A stretch of 61,827 bases of DNA from the IMG/VR virus record IMGVR_UViG_3300043411_000598, positions 1 through 61,827 of that record, one strand, 5' to 3'. Source of the stretch: a virus. Its lineage: Duplodnaviria > Caudoviricetes. The position numbers and the translations under genes were made by a program. Shown here piece by piece: positions 28,420-39,118 of the stretch (positions are counted from its first letter, which is position 1; each line of letters starts with the position of its first letter). The notes under the pieces were generated by a model. It ran no database searches. It was not told the origin of the DNA and saw nothing but the letters and a program-made list of their open reading frames with translations.

Positions 28420-28677
28420 ATGAGTGCGATCCCAATGCAACGCGCAGGCAATCGATACCTGCTTGTTGACGGCTCGCGCTGGACGCCGGAGCGTGTCACC
28501 ACTCTGCGCCGCATGTGGCCTACTCACTCTGCGGCTGAGATTGCAGCCGAGCTAGAGCACGGCTTCACTCGCATGGCAGTCATTGGCAAAGCGCATCGTT
28601 TGAATCTGCCAATGAAGTGTCCGAGCTACGCGACATACGGCGGCAAGCGCAAAACGGCACGAACTACCGCCAAGTAA
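28420..28677 (+). CDS. gcrA: GcrA-like protein, N-terminal DNA-binding domain only
   Basis: WTPERVTTLRRMW..SAAEIAAEL..TRMAVIGKAHRL matches the GcrA N-terminal domain; only 85 aa. Confidence 0.8.
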   Translation: MSAIPMQRAGNRYLLVDGSRWTPERVTTLRRMWPTHSAAEIAAELEHGFTRMAVIGKAHRLNLPMKCPSYATYGGKRKTARTTAK

Positions 28678-28756
28678 TGCGCCTTCCTAGGGTTCACTCC
28701 TACCCTTAACCGCGTCTAAATCGAAACGATCCAGTATTATCAAGGGAATTTCTGCC

Positions 28757-30392
28757 GTGACTCCATTTCATCTGTTGCCCGAGGTCTTATCGGACGTGGA
28801 TTTCGCACCTGCGAAGGCGATCAAGCCGTCTTCGCAATGGTCGAATTGGTGGAAAGTGTGCGTCACCAATGGCGATCCTCCCGTCGGCCACGTTTACCGA
28901 GATATGGATATTTGGCCGACACTTGAGGTTTGCGAGGAGAAGGCCCGCGAAGAAATCGAGTGGGACATCGCAGAGGCCGGTCAAGTTATTGACGAGTGGA
29001 TGGGCGCCTATCCCGTCGAAGGTGACGCATGACCCCATCAGATACAGCCGCAGCCTTAGCCTATGACCATTGCGCACGTCTGCTTGAAGGTAGAGCAGCT
29101 ATCAGCCCTAACGTTGACGGTGAGCATACTGAGGCTGTGGCTCAAGCTTTTGAGCGCGTAGCCAACACAATGCGCGAGTGCTCTCAGGCTTTACGGCGCG
29201 CGCGGCCAATCGACTTGATGAGTAACGGAGCGAGCCGGTGAGTAACGTAGCAACAGTGAGCGAGGCTCTGCGCGCGATGGACGAAAGGGACATTAACATG
29301 CTTGCGGCTATCAAGCGAAAGCTCAAGGTCGTTGCTGACGACTTCGACGTTGATACGTCTGTCGTGCTCGCGCTTCTTCTTACCTCTCTCGATAACCAAA
29401 CGCTGAGATATGCGGTTGAGGAGATCGTGACCTAGTGACCGACACTGATCTGATCAACCGGCTTGGCAACGTCATCATGGGAGTGCGTCACAGCATCCGA
29501 GACGCCAAGCAGGGCGGCGACATTCCGCAAATGGACGGCTGGATCGGTCGCGACGCGTACATGCAGTTCCGGCGCGATGCAAACCCGATGCTCCTTTATC
29601 AGACCGAGCCGCAAAAGATGATGGCTGGTGAGTTTGAGTTCATTGGCGTGAAGTTCAAGCGTGACATGGATATGGAGCCGCGCTCAATCGTGATCTGCGT
29701 CGGCGGTGCGCCTGTGCGACGGCTCGCGCTGGATTTCCCCGAGTATGACAAGACGCCTGTGGTTGACCATCCTAGCGCGCTGGCGCTGGAGATCATGGCG
29801 CTCCGGTATTTCGAGCGGGGCGAGCGCATGATTGATCCGCGTTTTCCAGAGCCCATGATCGACATGATCAATCGCCTGCCGACAGACGAGCATGAGCAAC
29901 CCAAAATGCACAGCGTGTCCGTCGAACGCCTAGTGGAGCTTGGCCTTGTGTTCAAAGAGCAGCGCGGGCCGTCTATAGTGATCGGGCTAACGCTAATGGG
30001 GCGAGAAGCGCTTCGCCAATTTGAGGCCAGTCAATGACCTCGGGAACGCCCATGACGGAAGCGGAACGCCACAGGAAGGATGACTGATGGGCATGTATAG
30101 CACGATGCGCGACCGTGAAGCGGCGTTGAAAGACGCATTCCGCAATTGGCCGCAATGGCCCTCGGGGCTGGCGCTTCACATTCTGGGGCGCAACGGAGGC
30201 GATCACGCCAAAGACTGGCGGCGCGGCAAAGAATTGCAATTCGAGCGCGGTCTGAACATTATCGTGCCGATGGAGTGCGAAGCAGAGATTGGCGCTGGCT
30301 ATTGGGATCGCATCACCAATGGCGCGTGGCGCCACTTCGTTCCTAGTCACATCGAATCGCTGGACGAACGGAGCAAACAGACACAGACCTAG
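28757..30392 (+). other. Five small hypothetical genes
   Basis: ORFs at 28757, 29029, 29238, 29435 and 30087, mostly coupled. Confidence 0.6.
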
Positions 30393-30396
30393 AAAG

Positions 30397-30430
30397 CGAA
30401 AACGCCCCGGCTGCTAACCAGGGCGCTTTC
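30397..30430 (+). terminator. Probable terminator hairpin
   Basis: GAAAACGCCCCGG...CCAGGGCGCTTTC. Confidence 0.5.
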
Positions 30431-30502
30431 TGAAAACTGCCGACCCGACCAAGGTCCCAACTACCAAGCTGCGAAAGCGGCGAACCCTTTTGCATTGGTG
30501 AT

Positions 30503-30934
30503 TTGAAGATGAGCGAACGAACCAAGAAAGTCAAGCCTAAGCCGCGCACAGCACCATTACTGGTATGCTCCCACTGCGGCGGACACATAAATCCGCGAAC
30601 CGCTACGAAGGTGAAACGGAAAAGCGCGCGCCAGGTCTTCAAGGAAGCGATCCTTCTAGCCTTAGACGCCGGCCAAGCAACGCCTCGTGAAATCGAGCGC
30701 CGCATGGGCATGAAGCCTAGAGGCTGCGAGACCGCGAACCTCCTTCGCGTTTTAGAGCGCAAGGGCGAAGTCCGTTTAGTCGGGACCAAGAAAGCCAAGA
30801 CGCTTCGCGGTGTCCCCACATTTTTGTGGGAGCGTACCAGCGCTACCGATAGAGAAACCAGAGCGAAACAACCACCAGCTATTGATCGCGCGCGCCCGAA
30901 CCAGAAAGATTCAAAGCGCGGGGCTCGCGCATGA
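30503..30934 (+). CDS. Putative winged-helix DNA-binding protein
   Basis: CSHC followed by AILLAL..ATPREIERRMG..NLLRVLERKGEV. Confidence 0.55.
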   Translation: MKMSERTKKVKPKPRTAPLLVCSHCGGHINPRTATKVKRKSARQVFKEAILLALDAGQATPREIERRMGMKPRGCETANLLRVLERKGEVRLVGTKKAKTLRGVPTFLWERTSATDRETRAKQPPAIDRARPNQKDSKRGARA

Positions 30935-31881
30935 GCAACGATCAAACGCCCCTCGCCCGCGAGCGGAAGCATGATAGCAGCATGTCCTCCGGTCCCCGTT
31001 ACTCCATCCTCCCCGCCCGCGCTGTATTCGATAAGCGCCTCACCAACGCCGATAAGGTCGTGCTTGCCGCGCTCGGCACCTACACGAATGGCGAGGGCTG
31101 GTGTTGGCCTAGCCAGAAAGAACTAACAGACAAGCTCGACATCGCACGCTCAACTGTTTGCGCCGCGATCAAGAAGCTTTCGTCTTCGGACATCGGCTAT
31201 TTAGAGGTTGCCCCACGCACCACCAAAGGGCGCGGCAAGGTCGGCAATCAGTATCGCGTCAAACTCGATTTAAAGCCAATGTCCGAACAGCAAGACATCG
31301 GCAAAAAGCCAATGTCCAGCCCGTCAGACATCGGCACCCAAGTTATTGAAGTTACGCCAATGTCCTGTGCGTCGGACATTGGGGCCGATGTCCGACTGGC
31401 CGGACACCCGATGTCCGATGGGTCGGACATCGCATACAATAGAAGAACGGGACCCACTGAACGTACCCAATCAATCTCTAACGAGATTGATATTACGTCC
31501 CCCAAGCCATCGGCTTACGAGCGAGCACTTGCGGCAAAGACGGCTCCGCCAAAATCGACGGCCAAGAAACTCGTTCCGTACACCAAAGAGTTTCAGATGA
31601 TTTGGATGGCGTGGCCGAAGAACCGGCGCGAGCGGAGCGACAAGCGCAAAGCGTTTGAACGCTTTCAGGGCGGTGTTGAACTTTACGGCGCAGAGGCAAT
31701 CACCAAGGCAGCCAAGCGTTACCTGTCGCTACCGGACACGAGCAAGGAAAGCTGGAAGTATTGCTGCCTCGTGGAAGTTTTCATGAACGGGAAACTTGAG
31801 GCGGCAGTCGAGGCTGTGAACGATCCAATCCCGCGTGCATCGTCAAGCAAGCGCAGCGGCATTCCTCGTTTCGTGTATTGA
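30931..31881 (+). CDS. Replication initiator (N-terminal wHTH, lambda O-like organisation)
   Basis: CWPSQKELTDKLDIARSTVCAAIKKL HTH, internal iterons, C-terminal F..W..WP domain. Confidence 0.85.
   Translation: MSNDQTPLARERKHDSSMSSGPRYSILPARAVFDKRLTNADKVVLAALGTYTNGEGWCWPSQKELTDKLDIARSTVCAAIKKLSSSDIGYLEVAPRTTKGRGKVGNQYRVKLDLKPMSEQQDIGKKPMSSPSDIGTQVIEVTPMSCASDIGADVRLAGHPMSDGSDIAYNRRTGPTERTQSISNEIDITSPKPSAYERALAAKTAPPKSTAKKLVPYTKEFQMIWMAWPKNRRERSDKRKAFERFQGGVELYGAEAITKAAKRYLSLPDTSKESWKYCCLVEVFMNGKLEAAVEAVNDPIPRASSSKRSGIPRFVY
31279..31430. repeat. Five 20-bp palindromic iterons ATGTCC-N8-RGACAY (putative origin)
   Basis: Copies start at 31279, 31312, 31360, 31388 and 31411. Confidence 0.85.
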
Positions 31882-32207
31882 GTTCCGTGAGCAGCTTCCA
31901 ATCTTTCGGCATCGCGTTTCGTGGCTGGGGTCGTTCGTGGAAAACGACTTGCCCGAAGTGCTCACCGACTAGGCGCAACAAAAAAGACCCGTGCCTTTCG
32001 GTGAAGTCCGATGCCGATCTAACCGCAGTTTTCAATTGCCACCATTGCGCGTGGGCAGGACGTATCGATGAACGAAGCGAAGAGAACCGTCAGCGAGACA
32101 AGCAGTTTGAACGCCCGAGCGCGTTCGTTCCTCGCGGCCCGTGGGCTGGACCCGGAGTTGTGCGAAAGACTGGGGCTTGTCAGCGTCCAAGATCGCGCTG
32201 GAACTGA
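31878..32207 (+). CDS. Stand-alone primase zinc-binding domain
   Basis: TTCPKCS..R..K.DPCLSV..FNCHHC.W.G. Confidence 0.75.
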   Translation: MSSVSSFQSFGIAFRGWGRSWKTTCPKCSPTRRNKKDPCLSVKSDADLTAVFNCHHCAWAGRIDERSEENRQRDKQFERPSAFVPRGPWAGPGVVRKTGACQRPRSRWN

Positions 32208-33669
32208 GGGCATCGTCTTCCCGTATGAGCGAGAAGGGCTGCAGGTAAATCGAAAATTCCGCGCGCTGGACCAAAAGACCTTTCGCCAGGACAAAGGCGG
32301 CGAACAAATCCTCTGGCGCTACGATTGCATTGCCGATGAAGCGTTGGTGGATGAGCCACTAATCATCACTGAGGGCGAGTTCGACGCGGTAGCCGCAATC
32401 CAAGCTGGATACTGGCGAACTGTGAGCGTGCCGATTGGCGCCCCTGCCCTAGCCGCTGACGGTGAGGTGCGAAGCGGCAAGTACGCGGCTATCGAGCACG
32501 CTTACACGGCCATGAACAACACCAAGCGGATCATCATTGCATCCGATGCAGACGGTCCAGGCGCTGCCATGTTGTCGGACCTTACGAACCTTCTCGGTGC
32601 AGCTCGCTGCCAGTTCGTGACCTACCCGCGTGGCTGCAAGGATCTGAACGATGTTCTGAAAGTGCATGGCGAGGATGCCGTGCGTGAGTGCATCGATGGC
32701 GCACGATGGGTGCGAGTGGCCGGCGTTTATAAAATCCGAGAGATGGCGCCGTTGCCGCCGCTCGAGGTTTGGCGGCCGGACGTGCTGCAACCGATTGATG
32801 ATTTGATCCCTATCTGCCCGATGCAAGTTTCCGTTTGGACGGGCATTCCCGGTCACGGCAAGTCTTCCCTACTTAACGCTATCGCTTGGTCGCTTGCGCG
32901 CCGCGATGGCGTGAAGATCGCACACGGCACATTCGAGGCGACGCCGCAGCGCGATTATTTGGATGACTGCATCGGCTTCCTGACTGGGCGTCCGGCTTAC
33001 AAAGCGACTAGCGAGGAGCGCGAGCAAGTAACCGACTGGGTAAACGAACAAGTGACGTTCCTTGTGGCCGATGGCTTTGCTGGCCCCGGCCAAGAGGAGT
33101 TCTTCGACGCTACGCTTGATTGGTTCTTTGAGGCTGCCAAGACCGCCGTTGCCCGCGATGGTTGCCGCATCGTGATCCTAGATCCTTGGTCGCAGATTGA
33201 GCATGTGCTTGATGGGCGCGAATCCGAGACGGCTTACATCCAAAAAAGCATCCGTCGCGCTAAGATGTTTGCGCGGGCCTTTAACGTTCACGTAGCTATC
33301 GTGGCTCACCCTACGAAGATGCGGAAGCTCGATGACGGAACCTATGCGATGCCTGAGGGCTATGAAATCTCTGGGAGCGCACACTGGTTCAATGGCGTGG
33401 ACATGGGTGTGACATCGCACCGTGATCCCCCTTCCGTCCCTGAGAAAGATGAGGATGGCGAGACGACCGGCGAATGGGCGCCGGACCCATCCTCAACACG
33501 CGTGCGTATCCGCGTGTGGAAGAAAAAAAACCACCGCATCATGGGTAAGCCGGGCGATGCCTACGCTAGCTTTGACAGCAACACGAACCGGTATAGTTCG
33601 GCTGAGCATTGGGAAGATCGCAGCTACCCGAAGAGATACCCAGAGGCAAAGTCGCATGAGCATGAATGA
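32068..33669 (+). CDS. TOPRIM primase plus DnaB-like helicase (T7 gp4/Twinkle-like)
   Basis: ITEGEFDA, DADGPG, KDLND, Walker A TGIPGHGKS, ILDPW, VAHP, ISGSAHW. Confidence 0.92.
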   Translation: MNEAKRTVSETSSLNARARSFLAARGLDPELCERLGLVSVQDRAGTEGIVFPYEREGLQVNRKFRALDQKTFRQDKGGEQILWRYDCIADEALVDEPLIITEGEFDAVAAIQAGYWRTVSVPIGAPALAADGEVRSGKYAAIEHAYTAMNNTKRIIIASDADGPGAAMLSDLTNLLGAARCQFVTYPRGCKDLNDVLKVHGEDAVRECIDGARWVRVAGVYKIREMAPLPPLEVWRPDVLQPIDDLIPICPMQVSVWTGIPGHGKSSLLNAIAWSLARRDGVKIAHGTFEATPQRDYLDDCIGFLTGRPAYKATSEEREQVTDWVNEQVTFLVADGFAGPGQEEFFDATLDWFFEAAKTAVARDGCRIVILDPWSQIEHVLDGRESETAYIQKSIRRAKMFARAFNVHVAIVAHPTKMRKLDDGTYAMPEGYEISGSAHWFNGVDMGVTSHRDPPSVPEKDEDGETTGEWAPDPSSTRVRIRVWKKKNHRIMGKPGDAYASFDSNTNRYSSAEHWEDRSYPKRYPEAKSHEHE

Positions 33670-35018
33670 CCGCGAGCGCAAATACAGCGACATCATCGAT
33701 GTGATGCTGGACCTTATCGATAATGCCCCAACGAGTGCTTCGATTTTGCGCCTCAGCAAGCTTATGGGTGAAGTTCACGAGGCCATGCGTCTTGAGAAGG
33801 CAGAGCCAGCAACAGAGGAGCCTGTCCAATGATGGACGCCGCCCGCCGCTTCTACACTGAACGCCACGGAGAAGACCGTTGGTTTGAGGAAGTGGAGACA
33901 GCCTATTACGAAGCGATTGCTGCGAGAGCAGAACGTGAGAGAGCTAGGCGTGTAGCCGTTCCAGATTATGCTAGAATAAATCCAGTCGGTGATTTGCAGG
34001 GCATTGTGCAGGAAGCAGTGAGGGCGGCAAAATGAATCCGATCTATGTTCATTCGACACTGGCGCGCGCGATGAGGATAAACGGCGGGTATGGCATTGAA
34101 GGACGTGATTGGGTTGAAGTGGCGCCAATGCCCTTTAACACGGACGAAACCGTTTTTCTTACGATCACAACTCCGCCATCTCACGCTATGGAATCCTGGC
34201 TCCCAGGCACATGGTTCAATTGGACGCCAGCTAAGCGCGAACCAACCGAGGACGAAAAGAAAGTCCATCGTGCGATCAACGCAGGCAACGGAGACCCTAA
34301 GCGCTTCGGTCATGGCCAGTTCATCGGGGATGACGAGTGAACACCGAGCGCTCCAACCGCGATAGCCGCTACAGGGATACAAACCTGAGCCAACGCAGTG
34401 AGGCCCTACGCGGCTTGATGTTCGGCGCCAAGGACTTCATCCCAGAGCGCGACCTTGCTGTCATGCTGGGCGAAAACATAACCGATGTGCAGACGACCTT
34501 GCGAGCCATGGAGATTGACGGCGCAGTAGAGCGCCAGCGGCTCAAGGTTGGCTTCAAGTCTAAGCCCGGAACGATGGTAGCGTGGAGGCTAAAGCAAGCC
34601 CAATGAGCGATGTGCTCCCCTTCCCTGAGCGTGTAACGCTAGACATCAAGAAGCTGGCCCAGTGGCTAGCAGATGCGCGTGATCTTGGTTTCTCCGAAGG
34701 GATGCTAGAAGCCAACGCTTCAGACATCAGCCGCATGGAAGCCATGGTTGAACGCAACGGCATGTATGAGACGCAGGTTCGCCTCTACATGGCTATGATC
34801 CGGGCGGGCAAGTGACGATCCCGCCGAATATCCTCTGCAAACGAAACGACTGCGAAGCCGAGTTTACGATGCGAGCGATGGAGTCGGTCCGCCAGACTTG
34901 GTACGCTGCCGGCGAGCGCAAGTCCGAAGCCAAGGAAGATCACTGGCACTCCTGTAAAATCTGCAAGCGCACGGTAGGTTGGGAGCGATTGCCGGGCGGC
35001 TTAGTAAAGGCGCTTTAA
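33656..35018 (+). other. Six small hypothetical genes, including a wHTH-like ORF (34337-34606)
   Basis: Overlapping start/stop chain. Confidence 0.55.
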
Positions 35019-35042
35019 CTCTCCCCTGCTATCGGCGCTGGC

Positions 35043-35816
35043 ATGGCGCTAGCAGAGAACCCAAGAGCACGGTTAGGCGGAAATTTTCCCCCGCCGGATG
35101 ATGAGGAACGCGCGCCCCCGAAGCACCTTCGCGTCATCTCCAAAGAGGAGGCCGAAGTATTCCGGGTTATCGTTCGGGTGCTGGCGACACGGTTCGAGCT
35201 AGCCAAGTGGCGCGTCACCGAAAAACGTAAGGGCGGAGATGACGGCCGCACGGTTCGATGCCTCGCCATAGGCTACATGAGGGGCGTGAACTTTCCGGTC
35301 TGGAAACTGGAGATGATGTGGGATCTGAACCGAAAGCAGATCGGCCAAGAAGAAGAAGCCTACCTCAGAATGAGGGCGGACAACACCTTCGTTGACACGC
35401 AAGCTTCTCACATGGAGGGGATGCTAGACGAGGCTCTAGCCATCGACGTTGACGAGTTCATGTCCGAAGCAACGGCAGAGATCGTCTCCATCATCGAGAC
35501 CCGCCGCCGCACCAAGAAGGAACGCTCTGAGATAAAGGCTGAGGCTAGGGCCAACCCTCCCCCGCCAGTCCCTAAGCACATTCCAACCCAAGCTGAACTT
35601 CTCCGAGACGCAGCTAACGCAAAGCACCGCATCGACAGGCTGGAATCGGAGACCAAAGTAAACCTCCGCGTCATTCTCGCAGCTAGTGAACCAGGCGCCG
35701 GCAAAGAGGCAAAGCGTGACGCAGCTAAGGCCAGAGATGCAATCGAATTAGCTCATGCGGAGATCAAGAAACTCAGACGCCTGAAGGCCCCAGCACCCAA
35801 AGCCGTGCTATCTTAA
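35043..35816 (+). CDS. Putative regulator with DnaA domain IV-like HTH; candidate late activator
   Basis: GGNFPP N-terminal motif, helical DnaA-C-like pattern, last gene before the late region. Confidence 0.45.
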   Translation: MALAENPRARLGGNFPPPDDEERAPPKHLRVISKEEAEVFRVIVRVLATRFELAKWRVTEKRKGGDDGRTVRCLAIGYMRGVNFPVWKLEMMWDLNRKQIGQEEEAYLRMRADNTFVDTQASHMEGMLDEALAIDVDEFMSEATAEIVSIIETRRRTKKERSEIKAEARANPPPPVPKHIPTQAELLRDAANAKHRIDRLESETKVNLRVILAASEPGAGKEAKRDAAKARDAIELAHAEIKKLRRLKAPAPKAVLS

Positions 35817-35906
35817 TTCTCACGGCGCGCGTTCGGCAGCGAAGCTCGCAAGCTTAAGCAGTATGCCTAAATGGGGCAGTCGTTATGACCGGACGCGCGC
35901 TGTAAT

Positions 35907-36407
35907 ATGGATACCCTCACGATCATAGCGACGTGTGCGGCGATCCTCTCCCCTATCCTGTCAATGGTCGGAGTTGCCTTTATGACGGGTGGACGCTTTG
36001 CCTCGCTGGAAACCAAAGGATCCGGCTATCAGGCTCAGCTCGACCGTTTAGAGCGCAGCACGACGACATCCGCAGCCGAGTGCGATGGACGCATTTCTGC
36101 CCTCCGCGAGGAAATGAACGGCCGTTCCGAGCGTATCAACCAAAAGGTTGAGAACATGGAGAAGAACCGAGCATCAGCGTCGGAAGCCGCCGCCGGCCAT
36201 TTCGGTAAGCTCGAAGCCATGATGGCATCCATGAAGGAACAGCTAGACCGCTTGGAGCGGGAACAGCAGCAGCAAGCCCATCATCAACCGGCGCCGCCCC
36301 AAGTCATGGGCAGAGCAGAACTCCTAGCCGCCCTCGCTTTAGCTGTGCAAGTTGCCCCGATGGTTAAGCAAATCTTGGGGCGTGAGCCTCAGAAATTGGC
36401 AGCCTAG
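35907..36407 (+). CDS. N-terminal TM plus coiled-coil protein
   Basis: Hydrophobic N-terminus and heptad-rich body. Confidence 0.65.
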   Translation: MDTLTIIATCAAILSPILSMVGVAFMTGGRFASLETKGSGYQAQLDRLERSTTTSAAECDGRISALREEMNGRSERINQKVENMEKNRASASEAAAGHFGKLEAMMASMKEQLDRLEREQQQQAHHQPAPPQVMGRAELLAALALAVQVAPMVKQILGREPQKLAA

Positions 36408-36446
36408 CACTAAGCCCCGCTGGTTTGATTTCCACATGATAATCAA

Positions 36447-37025
36447 ATGGTGTCAGAGAAATCAAAACGCGGCGGTAAACGCAACGGTGCAGGCCGTAAG
36501 AGCAAGGCAGAGAAGACTGCCGCACTTATTGCTGATGGCATCCTCTCTCAACCGAATGAGGACGATCCCAAGGAGCCAGTTCTAGGCCGTCCAACTGAAT
36601 ACAAGTCAGGCTACCCAAAGCAGGCAGAGAAGCTTTGCCGTCTTGGCGCAACAGATTTAGAGCTTGCGGACTTCTTCGAAGTGGACGTTCGGACCATCTA
36701 CAGATGGGCTCAGGCACACGATGCTTTTTGTCAGGCTCTACGGGTTGGCAAGGAGGCCAGTGATGATCGGGTTGAGCGCAGTCTCTATAACAGAGCTGTT
36801 GGTTACTCACACAGCGCCGTCAAGATATTCATGCCAGCCAATGCGCAGGCTCCCGTTTATGCGCCATACACAGAGCATGTGGCCCCTGATGTAGGCGCTG
36901 CATCTTTATGGCTTCGTAACCGTCGCGGCGACAAATGGCGGGATAAGCAGAACCTAGAGCACACAGGCAAGGATGGCGAGCCAATCATGGTGACGGCCAT
37001 TCGACTAGTCGGACCAGATGGCTGA
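36447..37025 (+). CDS. terS: Terminase small subunit
   Basis: GGKRNGAGRK, GRPTEY, GATDLELADFFEV..TIYRW, VERSLY, WLRNR. Confidence 0.9.
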   Translation: MVSEKSKRGGKRNGAGRKSKAEKTAALIADGILSQPNEDDPKEPVLGRPTEYKSGYPKQAEKLCRLGATDLELADFFEVDVRTIYRWAQAHDAFCQALRVGKEASDDRVERSLYNRAVGYSHSAVKIFMPANAQAPVYAPYTEHVAPDVGAASLWLRNRRGDKWRDKQNLEHTGKDGEPIMVTAIRLVGPDG

Positions 37026-38364
37026 AGCCGAACATACGATCCAAATTCCGCCAAAGTTGATCCCAGTATTCGTGGCGCCTAACAAGCGGATACGGGGCGC
37101 GTTCGGTGGCCGAGGCTCCGCCAAGACTCGATCATTCGCCAAGATGGCCGCTGTGCGCGGTGTGATCGCTTCTCAGGCGGGCCGCGAAGGCATTATCTTG
37201 TGCTGCCGCGAGTTTATGAACAGCCTCGATGATAGCTCGTTGATGGAGGTAAAGGCGGCGATTGAATCTGATGAATGGCTGAAGTCACACTATGACGTTG
37301 GCGAAAAGTACATCCGCACCAGAGACAGGCGTGTCTCATTCAAGTTCGCCGGGTTGCGCCACAATATAAACAGCATCAAGTCAAAGGCGAAGATACTGCT
37401 ATGCTGGATTGATGAAGCGGACCCTGTATCCGATCAAGCGTGGGAAAAGCTCATCCCTTCTGTGCGTGAGGACGACTCGGAGATATGGGTTACATGGAAC
37501 CCGGAAAACCCGCGCAGTCGGACGGAGGCGCGCTTTCGCAATAGCCCAGATGATGACGTGGCCGTTGTTGAACTAAACTGGCGTGACAATCCTTGGTTTC
37601 CGTCTGTTCTTGAGCGTGAGCGCCGCGTTTGCGAGCGCGATAATCCAGAAGAATACGAGCATATCTGGGATGGCGCCCACAGAACCAGCTTCAAGGGTTC
37701 GTATTATGCCAAGGGACTTCTTGCGGCGAAGCGCACGGATCGTATCGCGCCACTTTCGGCAGAGCCAAACCTAAGGGTTTACGCTCACTGGGACATTGGC
37801 GGCCCCAACAAGAAGGCTGACGCGATGACGGTCGTGGTCAATCAGTGGGTCCAGAACCGTATTCATGTGCTCGATTATATCGAAGGTCAGGGCCAGATGC
37901 TGGCCTATTATCTGACCGAATTGCGCAATCGTGGATGGGATGAGCACCTTAAGCCCTTTATGGTCCTGCCTCACGATGCTGGCCAAACACACGCCGACAA
38001 CCCAACCGGGATGGACTTCGAAGCGCAGCTTAAGAAGGCTGGCTATCAGACCAAAAAAGTCCACTCCCCTTCTGGGGCCGTGCTGCAGCGGATCAAGACA
38101 ACGCAACAGCTTTTCACTAAGATATGGTTCAACAAATCGCCTTACGGCGGTGAGTTGGACCGGACGCTGGCGTTGCGCCAGGCGTTAGCTTGGTATCACG
38201 AAAAGCGCAGTGATGATGAGCGGGAGATTGGTCTTGGCCCAGACCATGACTGGTCGAGTCACGCGGCGGATGCGTTCGGCATGATGTGCATCGATTATAA
38301 AGAACCGGCAGCTAAGATTGCTCGTCCATCGCACTATCAAACCTCAGACACGGTTCTAGGCTAA
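37018..38364 (+). CDS. terL: Terminase large subunit (PBSX-like)
   Basis: GGRGSAKT, WIDEA, TWNP, WDIG, LPHD, SHAADAF. Confidence 0.95.
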   Translation: MAEAEHTIQIPPKLIPVFVAPNKRIRGAFGGRGSAKTRSFAKMAAVRGVIASQAGREGIILCCREFMNSLDDSSLMEVKAAIESDEWLKSHYDVGEKYIRTRDRRVSFKFAGLRHNINSIKSKAKILLCWIDEADPVSDQAWEKLIPSVREDDSEIWVTWNPENPRSRTEARFRNSPDDDVAVVELNWRDNPWFPSVLERERRVCERDNPEEYEHIWDGAHRTSFKGSYYAKGLLAAKRTDRIAPLSAEPNLRVYAHWDIGGPNKKADAMTVVVNQWVQNRIHVLDYIEGQGQMLAYYLTELRNRGWDEHLKPFMVLPHDAGQTHADNPTGMDFEAQLKKAGYQTKKVHSPSGAVLQRIKTTQQLFTKIWFNKSPYGGELDRTLALRQALAWYHEKRSDDEREIGLGPDHDWSSHAADAFGMMCIDYKEPAAKIARPSHYQTSDTVLG

Positions 38365-39116
38365 TGGTAACGCGCGCAGAATTAGGGGCCATGCGATTGG
38401 CCGGGTCTCAACAAGATAGCCGTAGCCTATCGGCTCTAAAGCGCCAGCGTGAAGCCGGGCCTGACAGCGGCGGCATAGAAGTAAATCGCCGCGTTCTCTA
38501 CGATGTGGCGATGACTTCAGCACACACAGCCCTAGTGGATTCAGAGGATGCAGTTGCCGGGGTAGAGGCCGCAGCAAACTTAGCTGCGGCGCAGACTGCA
38601 GTGTCTGGGCTATCAGCGACACTAGCGGGCGCAAAGTCTGGAATTGAGGGTGTTCGCACTGATCTTGCGTGAGCCAAGAACCTAAAGCCCGCTAGGCCAT
38701 TGCTCGGCTTGATAATTCAAGCCCATGACAGCCTTGTTCAGCAAACCGAAGGCGCCGGTTCTTCCCCCGCCGCCTCCCCCGCCGCCGACGATTGATAACG
38801 CGGCGATGAGTGAGGAGGCGAGCCGCATAGCCGCGCGCCGCCGTGGCCGCGCCGCGACCCTTCGCAAGGGTGCATCATCGACGCCAAGCGTCGCCGTCAA
38901 AACGTTGCTGGGGTAAGAGACATGAGCGCTCTTTTTGCCGGTGCGGGCGCATCCAAGCTAAGCCCGTTCGGGGCTGGCGTCGATCTTATTACAGCTAAAC
39001 GGAAAAAAGCGACGCCAACGCCGCCGGTTGCGAACCCGCAGCACGGCAACGCGCAGCGCCTTCAGTTGCGCCGCCAAATGCCAGTCACCCCGGCTGTTAG
39101 AAACTTGTTGGCCTAA
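38364..39116 (+). other. Three small genes between terminase and portal
   Basis: 38364-38672, 38725-38916 (poly-Pro, ends KTLLG) and 38922-39116 (similar ends). Confidence 0.65.
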
Positions 39117-39118
39117 GA

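Noticed and set aside
31279-31430. Mini CRISPR array
   Set aside because: Repeats have variable centres, irregular 3-28 nt gaps, lie in a coding frame, and no cas genes are present. Iterons fit better.
35825-35900. tRNA gene
   Set aside because: tRNA-sized and branched, but no GTTCRA T-loop at the expected position, no D-loop GG, and a 12-bp closing stem. I saw no tRNA elsewhere.
38764-38787. C-rich low-complexity run
   Set aside because: It simply encodes a poly-proline tract in a small pre-portal protein.
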